Source: an uncultured bacterium
Lineage (GTDB): Bacteria > Actinomycetota > Coriobacteriia > Coriobacteriales > Coriobacteriaceae
Direction: 5' to 3'
Assembly (NCBI GenBank): GCA_905215825.1
Contig: CAJMRO010000001.1
Span: 739-64,738, forward strand
Length of the DNA: 64,000 nt
Positions 58,274 to 64,000 of the stretch are shown here, in pieces (position 1 is the first letter of the stretch; the number at the start of each line of letters is the position of its first letter). The position numbers were made by a program, and so were the translations under genes. The notes beneath the pieces were generated by a model. The model did not search any database and was not told where the DNA came from. It worked only from the letters and a program-made list of their open reading frames with translations.

Positions 58274-59296
58274 ATGAGCAAAGAGTGTGTCGAGCAGGTC
58301 GAAGGCGCAGGGGCTTCGGTGCCGATGACCGATATATCGAACATTGATGTGCCCGAGGGCACCGACGAGCTCAGCCGCAACACCCGTCGCGCCTGGCGCG
58401 AGCGCCTTAACGATGCGTCGTCGCGCAAGATGATCACGGGCGTCTTGGCTACGCTGGTGGGCGGTTCGTTTTGGGGCTTCTCGGGCACCAGCGCGAGCTT
58501 TCTGTTCGATACCTACCACGTCGACACCTTGTGGCTTATGAGCGTGCGTCAGATTCTCGCCGGTCTACTCTTTATGGCCGTGGTTGTTACGCGCGACCGC
58601 GAGCGCCTGGTCAAGCTCTGGACCACACCCGCCGATCGCAAGCAGCTGCTGCTCTTTACCGCTTTTGGCCTGCTGTTCAACCAGTTTTGCTATCTTTCGG
58701 CCGTGCGCCTGACGAACGCCGGAACCGCGACGGTGCTCCAGTGCCTGCAGCTCGTTATCATCATGGGCTACACCTGCGTGATCGATCGCCGCATGCCGCG
58801 TACTCGCGAAGTCATCGGCATTGGCCTGGCTCTGGGTGGAACCTTTTTAATCGCCACCGGCGGCGACCCCACCAGCCTGAATATCTCGCCGCTTGGCCTG
58901 GCAGCAGGTCTTATGTGTGCGGTCAGCGCCGCGTGTATGGCGGTGATTCCCGCCAAGATCCTGCCCGAATACGGCAGCCCCATCGTCACGGGCTCGGCAA
59001 TGCTCACGGCGGGCGTGATCTCATGTGTCTTCGTGCAGCCCTGGGCGCATGTGCCGGCACTCGACGCTGCCGGCGTCGAGGCGCTCGCGGTGTTCGTGGT
59101 TATCGGCTCGTTTTTTGCTTACATGCTCTATATGCAGGGCGTTAAGGACATCGGCTCGGTGCGTGCGAGTCTCATCGGAACCGTGGAGCCCGTCTCGGCG
59201 ACCATCACCAGCGCCGTTATGCTGGGCACGGTGTTTTTGCCGACCGACCTTATCGGCTTTGCCATGATCATCGTGATGATGTTCCTCACGGTGTAG
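58274..59296 (+). CDS. DMT/EamA family transporter
   Basis: WGFSGT, NAGTATVLQ, ASLIGTVEPVSA; many TM segments. Confidence 0.88.
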   Translation: MSKECVEQVEGAGASVPMTDISNIDVPEGTDELSRNTRRAWRERLNDASSRKMITGVLATLVGGSFWGFSGTSASFLFDTYHVDTLWLMSVRQILAGLLFMAVVVTRDRERLVKLWTTPADRKQLLLFTAFGLLFNQFCYLSAVRLTNAGTATVLQCLQLVIIMGYTCVIDRRMPRTREVIGIGLALGGTFLIATGGDPTSLNISPLGLAAGLMCAVSAACMAVIPAKILPEYGSPIVTGSAMLTAGVISCVFVQPWAHVPALDAAGVEALAVFVVIGSFFAYMLYMQGVKDIGSVRASLIGTVEPVSATITSAVMLGTVFLPTDLIGFAMIIVMMFLTV

Positions 59297-59445
59297 CTGG
59301 CGCCGCTGCCAAGACGGAAAAGGTGTTGTGCCGCATTTTCGCCAATTGATGTCCGTGTCTGGAGTTTAGCTGTCGATGCTCAAAATGCCATAAACTAGTA
59401 ACGTTATGGACTTTTTCATTGCGACTCAATTGCGAGGATTTCTTT

Positions 59446-61758
59446 ATGGCTGGTAATCACTTTAAGGGCAGCGATAGCGGCCGTCCTGCAGTTCCGCCGC
59501 GTCCGAACGGGGCTGGTAAGGCCGGCACGCCGGGCGGCGCTGGACAGGGCGGTTCCGGTAAGCGCGTGTCCCCGGGCGAGACAGCGATGTTTACCGCTCT
59601 GTACGAGCAGTCTCAAAAGGCAAAAAAGACCGGCCGTGCAAGAGGGAATGTCTTTGCGGGCGGTGCAACCTCCACGTCGCAGCCGAGCGGGGCTCCTTCG
59701 GTACCCGCGAACAACGCAGGTGCTGCCAACGCCGCGAATGCCGCCGGCAACGTTAATGCCGACAAGGCCGCCAACAATACTCCCTCTGCCGGTGGCGCGG
59801 GGCTTACGGGTAACCTTGGCACGATTTACACCGGCGCCTCCGAGACTGGCACGTTCGCCCGCCTGGATGATAGCGGTGCCGAGTTTGCGGGCTCGGGTTC
59901 CAAGGAAGATTATTACGATTTTGGCTTGAACTACGGTGGCGACGCTTCGCCGAGTTCGACCTCTGACGGTCTGGTCCGTCATCGCCATCGCAAGGGCGAG
60001 CGCAAAAAGCGTCACACCGGCGCCATTATTGCCGTTGTAGTCGCGGTGCTTCTCGTTGCGCTTGGCGCAAGCGGCTTTATGCTGCTTAACTCGGCAAAGA
60101 CCGTAAAGAGCGAAGCGAAGGAGGCTGTCGAGATCGTCGGTGGCCTTAAGGACAAGGTCACGTCGGGCGATTTTTCGACGCTGCCTGACGACGCGAAGAA
60201 GATCGATGAGCTCTGTAACAGCATGAAGGCGGAGACCTCGAGCCCGCTGTGGGCGGCGGCTTCGTTTATCCCGGTGTATGGCAGCGATATCAATGCGGCC
60301 CGCACCATGATTGACGCCCTGTCCGATGTCTCGAGCAATGCGCTGGTTCCCATGGCCGATAACCTTTCGCAGGCTACGCCCGGCAAGCTGTTCCAGGACG
60401 GCATGATTAACGTGTCCGCGCTGCAGGCGGTCGCCGATTCGCTTTCCAGCAGCTCGAAGGTGTTCAAGAGCGCCAACGAGAAGGTCCAGGGCATTGGCGA
60501 TACTCATATTTCCCAGGTGACCGAGCTGGTCGATAAGGCCAAGGACGGCTTTGCCACCCTCAACGGCGCGGTTGACGCGGCGGAGAAGGTCGCCCCCGTC
60601 CTTCCCCAGATGCTCGGCGCCAACGGCCAGACGCGCAACTACCTTATGTACGCCATGAACAACGTCGAGATTCGTGCTTGCGGCGGCTTTGGCGGTTCGC
60701 AGGGCCTGATTTCGGTCACTGACGGCCAGATGTCGATTGGCGAGTTTGTTCCCCGCATTGGACTCAGCGAGGATGAGGCAGTCGAGAGCGTCGACGAAGA
60801 GGATGAGGCGCTGTTCGGCAACCACAGTAACCTGTACAACTCGGGCAATACCTATTCGCCTGATTGGCCCCGCAACTCGCAGCGTGTCGCCGCGCTGTGG
60901 AAGTCCCAGTATGGACAGGACGTTGATGGCGTCATCGGTATCGACCCGGTGTTCCTGCAGTATCTGCTGGGCCTGGTCGGTAATGTCTCGCTGCCCGACG
61001 GAACGGTTGTCGACGGCACCAACGCCGCAAAGGTCCTCATGCACGATGTGTACTGGAACTATCCGGTCGAGGAGTCGGACGGCATCTTTGCATCCGTCGC
61101 CAGCGCTGCCTTCGACAAGATCCTTGGCGGTATCGGCGATGTCGATGTTACGAAGCTTGTCAGCGCCGTTGAGCGCGGTGCCGAAGAGGGCCGCCTGATC
61201 GCGTGGATGAGAAACGATGATGAGCAGAATGCCATCAAAGAGACGGGCATTGACGCTTCGCTGCCCGATCCGGATGACCCGAGCGCCGATCCTGTTGCCG
61301 GCGTTTACTTTAACAACCTGAGCTTCTCCAAGCTCGACTGGTACCTGAACGCCGATACGCAGATTGGTCAGGGCGTGAAGAACGGTGACGGCACGTGCTC
61401 CTATCGCATCACCGTTACCCTGACGAACATCATGACGCAGGAGGAGGCTGGCAAGCTGCCCGACTACGTTGCGGCGAGCGCACCCGATGCCGCGCGTGAC
61501 GACGAGCGTCTGAATGTCTCGTTGTTTGCCCCGACGGGCGGCAACATTACTGATCTGACCGTCGAGGGCACCCAGTTTGGTCTTGGCGCCGCTACGTGGC
61601 ATGGAATCCCCTTCTATTCGGGCACCGTTGACCTGCATGCTGGCGAGACGACGACGATCACGTATACGCTGACCACGTCGGCCGAGGCGGGGGACAAGCC
61701 GCTTACGCTGCGTCAGACTCCTACATGCCAGGCGGCTCGCGACAGCGCGTCGGCGTAG
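59446..61758 (+). CDS. DUF4012 domain membrane-anchored protein
   Basis: LPQMLG..RNYL..NNVEIRACGGF.G, SPDWP, VDGVIGIDPV.L, SKLDWY. Confidence 0.85.
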   Translation: MAGNHFKGSDSGRPAVPPRPNGAGKAGTPGGAGQGGSGKRVSPGETAMFTALYEQSQKAKKTGRARGNVFAGGATSTSQPSGAPSVPANNAGAANAANAAGNVNADKAANNTPSAGGAGLTGNLGTIYTGASETGTFARLDDSGAEFAGSGSKEDYYDFGLNYGGDASPSSTSDGLVRHRHRKGERKKRHTGAIIAVVVAVLLVALGASGFMLLNSAKTVKSEAKEAVEIVGGLKDKVTSGDFSTLPDDAKKIDELCNSMKAETSSPLWAAASFIPVYGSDINAARTMIDALSDVSSNALVPMADNLSQATPGKLFQDGMINVSALQAVADSLSSSSKVFKSANEKVQGIGDTHISQVTELVDKAKDGFATLNGAVDAAEKVAPVLPQMLGANGQTRNYLMYAMNNVEIRACGGFGGSQGLISVTDGQMSIGEFVPRIGLSEDEAVESVDEEDEALFGNHSNLYNSGNTYSPDWPRNSQRVAALWKSQYGQDVDGVIGIDPVFLQYLLGLVGNVSLPDGTVVDGTNAAKVLMHDVYWNYPVEESDGIFASVASAAFDKILGGIGDVDVTKLVSAVERGAEEGRLIAWMRNDDEQNAIKETGIDASLPDPDDPSADPVAGVYFNNLSFSKLDWYLNADTQIGQGVKNGDGTCSYRITVTLTNIMTQEEAGKLPDYVAASAPDAARDDERLNVSLFAPTGGNITDLTVEGTQFGLGAATWHGIPFYSGTVDLHAGETTTITYTLTTSAEAGDKPLTLRQTPTCQAARDSASA

Positions 61759-61841
61759 GGTTTTTCTGGTAGCGCAGATAATCGAGTACCATTTTGGGGC
61801 GGACAGGCAATCTGTTCGCCCCTATTTTGTAAGGAGAGCGC

Positions 61842-63182
61842 ATGAAGTACTTTGGCACCGACGGCTTTCGTGGTGAGGCCAACGTTGGGCTGACGGTAGA
61901 GCACGCTTATAAGATTGGCCGTTTTGTGGGCTGGTATTACGGCGCCAACCGCGAGCGCAAGGCACGCGTGATCGTGGGCAAGGACACGCGTCGCTCGAGT
62001 TATATGTTCGAGGCGGCGCTGGTGAGCGGCCTGGTCGCGAGCGGTGCGGACGCCTATATGCTGCACGTGATCCCCACGCCGGGCGTAGCGCATCAGACTG
62101 TGGAAGGCTGCTTCGATTGCGGCATCATGATCAGCGCGAGCCACAACCCGTTTTGCGATAACGGCATTAAGCTCGTCAACAGCGACGGCTTTAAGATGGA
62201 CGAGGACGTGCTGGAGCTCATTGAGGACTACATCGATGGCAAGAGCGAGGTGCCGCTGGCAACGGGCAACCACATCGGCGCCACGGTGGACTACATGCAG
62301 GGTCGCAACCGCTACATTGCTTCGCTCATCGCCAGCGCGAACTTTTCGCTGCAGGGCGTCAAGATCGGCATCGATTGCGCCAACGGCTCGGCATCCTCGG
62401 TGGCCAAGCCGGTGTTCGACGCACTGGGCGCCGATGTGCGCGTGATCAATGCCGCGCCCGACGGCTTTAACATCAATGTCGACTGCGGCTCTACGCATAT
62501 TGAGCGCCTGCAGCGCCACGTGGTGGAGCAGGGCCTGGATGTGGGCTTTGCCTACGACGGCGATGCCGACCGCTGCCTGGCCGTGGACGAGCGCGGCCGC
62601 GTGGTCGACGGCGACCAGATCCTGTACGTGTGCGGTGTGTACCTGAACAAGCATGGTCGCTTATCGGGCGGTACGGTTGTCCCCACGGTTATGAGCAACT
62701 TCGGCGTGCTGAAAGCCTTTGAACAGGCGAACTTGAACTACGAAACCACCGCAGTGGGAGACAAGAACGTATTTGCCTGCATGCATGCCAATGGCTACAG
62801 CTTGGGCGGCGAGCAGTCGGGCCATGTTATTTTCGGCGATATCGCAAGTACCGGAGATGGCATTCTTACCTCGTTGCGGCTGATGGAGGCCATTCGCGCC
62901 GAGCGCGAAACCCTTTCGCAGCTGTGCGCTCCGGTGAAGCTGTATCCTCAGTTGCTGACCAATGTGCGTGTCGCCGACAAAGACGCAGCCATGACTGATG
63001 CCGCTGTGCTTGAATCGGTTAAGGCGGCAGAAGAGTTCCTGGGCGATCGCGGCCGCGTGCTTCTGCGAGCCAGCGGCACCGAACCTCTTATTCGCGTGTT
63101 GGCCGAAGCGCCCACGGACGAGCGGTGCGCCGAAGCAAGCGAGTTCATGCTGAAGGCGCTCGAGCCTTTGCGCGCTGAGTAA
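61842..63182 (+). CDS. glmM: Phosphoglucosamine mutase
   Basis: YFGTDG.RG, ISASHNP..DNGIK, DGDADR, GGEQSGH, RASGTEP. Confidence 0.95.
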   Translation: MKYFGTDGFRGEANVGLTVEHAYKIGRFVGWYYGANRERKARVIVGKDTRRSSYMFEAALVSGLVASGADAYMLHVIPTPGVAHQTVEGCFDCGIMISASHNPFCDNGIKLVNSDGFKMDEDVLELIEDYIDGKSEVPLATGNHIGATVDYMQGRNRYIASLIASANFSLQGVKIGIDCANGSASSVAKPVFDALGADVRVINAAPDGFNINVDCGSTHIERLQRHVVEQGLDVGFAYDGDADRCLAVDERGRVVDGDQILYVCGVYLNKHGRLSGGTVVPTVMSNFGVLKAFEQANLNYETTAVGDKNVFACMHANGYSLGGEQSGHVIFGDIASTGDGILTSLRLMEAIRAERETLSQLCAPVKLYPQLLTNVRVADKDAAMTDAAVLESVKAAEEFLGDRGRVLLRASGTEPLIRVLAEAPTDERCAEASEFMLKALEPLRAE

Positions 63183-63211
63183 TGGCGCTTGCTTCTGATT
63201 CAAACGCATTC

Positions 63212-63238
63212 GAAAGCCCGCTTCGGCGGGCTTTCTTT
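63212..63238 (+). terminator. Terminator after glmM
   Basis: gaaagcccgc-ttcg-gcgggctttc-ttt. Confidence 0.85.
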
Positions 63239-63255
63239 ATATATACTTACGGGTT

Positions 63256-64000
63256 ATGGCAACCTACCAACATATATCCCACGGGTTTGATCCCGTGTTC
63301 AACGAGCGCTCGACCGTACTGGTTTTAGGGTCGTTTCCCTCTGTGCTTTCTCGTAAGAACGATTTTTATTACGGCAACCCTCAAAATCGCTTTTGGCGTG
63401 TGCTTGCTGCCCTTGCGAAGGCGCCTGTGCCTGAAACTACTTCCGAAAAGAAGGAAATGCTGCTTTCGTGTGGCATTGCGCTATGGGACGTTATCCAGGA
63501 ATGCGACATCAAAGGATCGAGCGACGCTAGCATCAAGAATGTGATTCCCGTTCAAGTGGGGTTCATCACGTGCACGGCCCCCATCAAGCGCGTTATCTGC
63601 AATGGCGCTACAGCGGGTCGCCTATATAAAAAGTACCTACTATATAAAGTAGGGATTGAAGCTGAAGTGTTGCCTTCCACAAGCCCCGCAAATGCGGCGT
63701 GGGGTTTCGATCGCCTAAGTGAACGTTGGCTCGCGGCACTTGATGGTGTGCGGCCTGCAACTGATGATGAAGTGGATTCGTTCGAATGCGAACGGAAGAG
63801 TGCCAAGCGTGCAGACAAGGGCGAAGTTGAGTATGCCCATGTGCGTATTCCAGCGCCCGATGCATCGAGCTATGCGGTGCATAAATCCATGCAAGGCAAC
63901 AAGCGTAAAGACACCAAACCCGAATTACTGGTTCGGCAGCGCCTTCGCGAAACGGGCCTGGGCGGCTATCGTTTGCAATGGAAAGTGCCGGGGCACCCCG
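63256..64000 (+). CDS. DNA-deoxyinosine glycosylase (UDG family 6) fused to Vsr endonuclease, runs off the window
   Basis: Manual translation open from ATG 63256: LGSFPS..YYGNPQNRFW..LWDV..GSSDASI..LPSTSPANA, then SMQGNKRKDTKPELLVRQRL..GYRLQWKVPG.P. Confidence 0.85.
   Translation, partial: MATYQHISHGFDPVFNERSTVLVLGSFPSVLSRKNDFYYGNPQNRFWRVLAALAKAPVPETTSEKKEMLLSCGIALWDVIQECDIKGSSDASIKNVIPVQVGFITCTAPIKRVICNGATAGRLYKKYLLYKVGIEAEVLPSTSPANAAWGFDRLSERWLAALDGVRPATDDEVDSFECERKSAKRADKGEVEYAHVRIPAPDASSYAVHKSMQGNKRKDTKPELLVRQRLRETGLGGYRLQWKVPGHP

Overview
High-GC chromosomal segment of an anaerobic actinobacterium; gene content suggests Collinsella/Coriobacteriia (inference). It is mostly housekeeping and metabolic: ldh, nadE, ettA, pgi, deoC, nfo, metY, rnhA, folE/folB, nrdDG, glmM and tRNA-Val(GAC). 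It also holds a fructoselysine-type frlRBCD/YfcC locus, a LexA-boxed Y-family polymerase/YolD cassette and an amino-acid ABC transporter. Two features stand out. (1) A ~3.5 kb integrase-less islet (23845-27357) inserted in the 3' end of pgi, bounded by a synonymously recoded duplicate of the pgi C-terminus and terminator. It encodes an orphan protein, a ClpP peptidase and a membrane-anchorless VirD4/TraG-like ATPase, a candidate undescribed protease-ATPase (possibly defence) system. (2) An unannotated LexA-boxed type I toxin-antitoxin locus (11976-12260) with a 28-aa TisB-sized hydrophobic peptide and a convergent antisense RNA. Also seen: a deoxyinosine-glycosylase/Vsr fusion, a Cys/Met-containing leader ORF before metY, a candidate C-rich sRNA, several MITE/REP-like hairpin families and two gene-decay events. 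All calls come from reading motifs by eye; no database searches were run.
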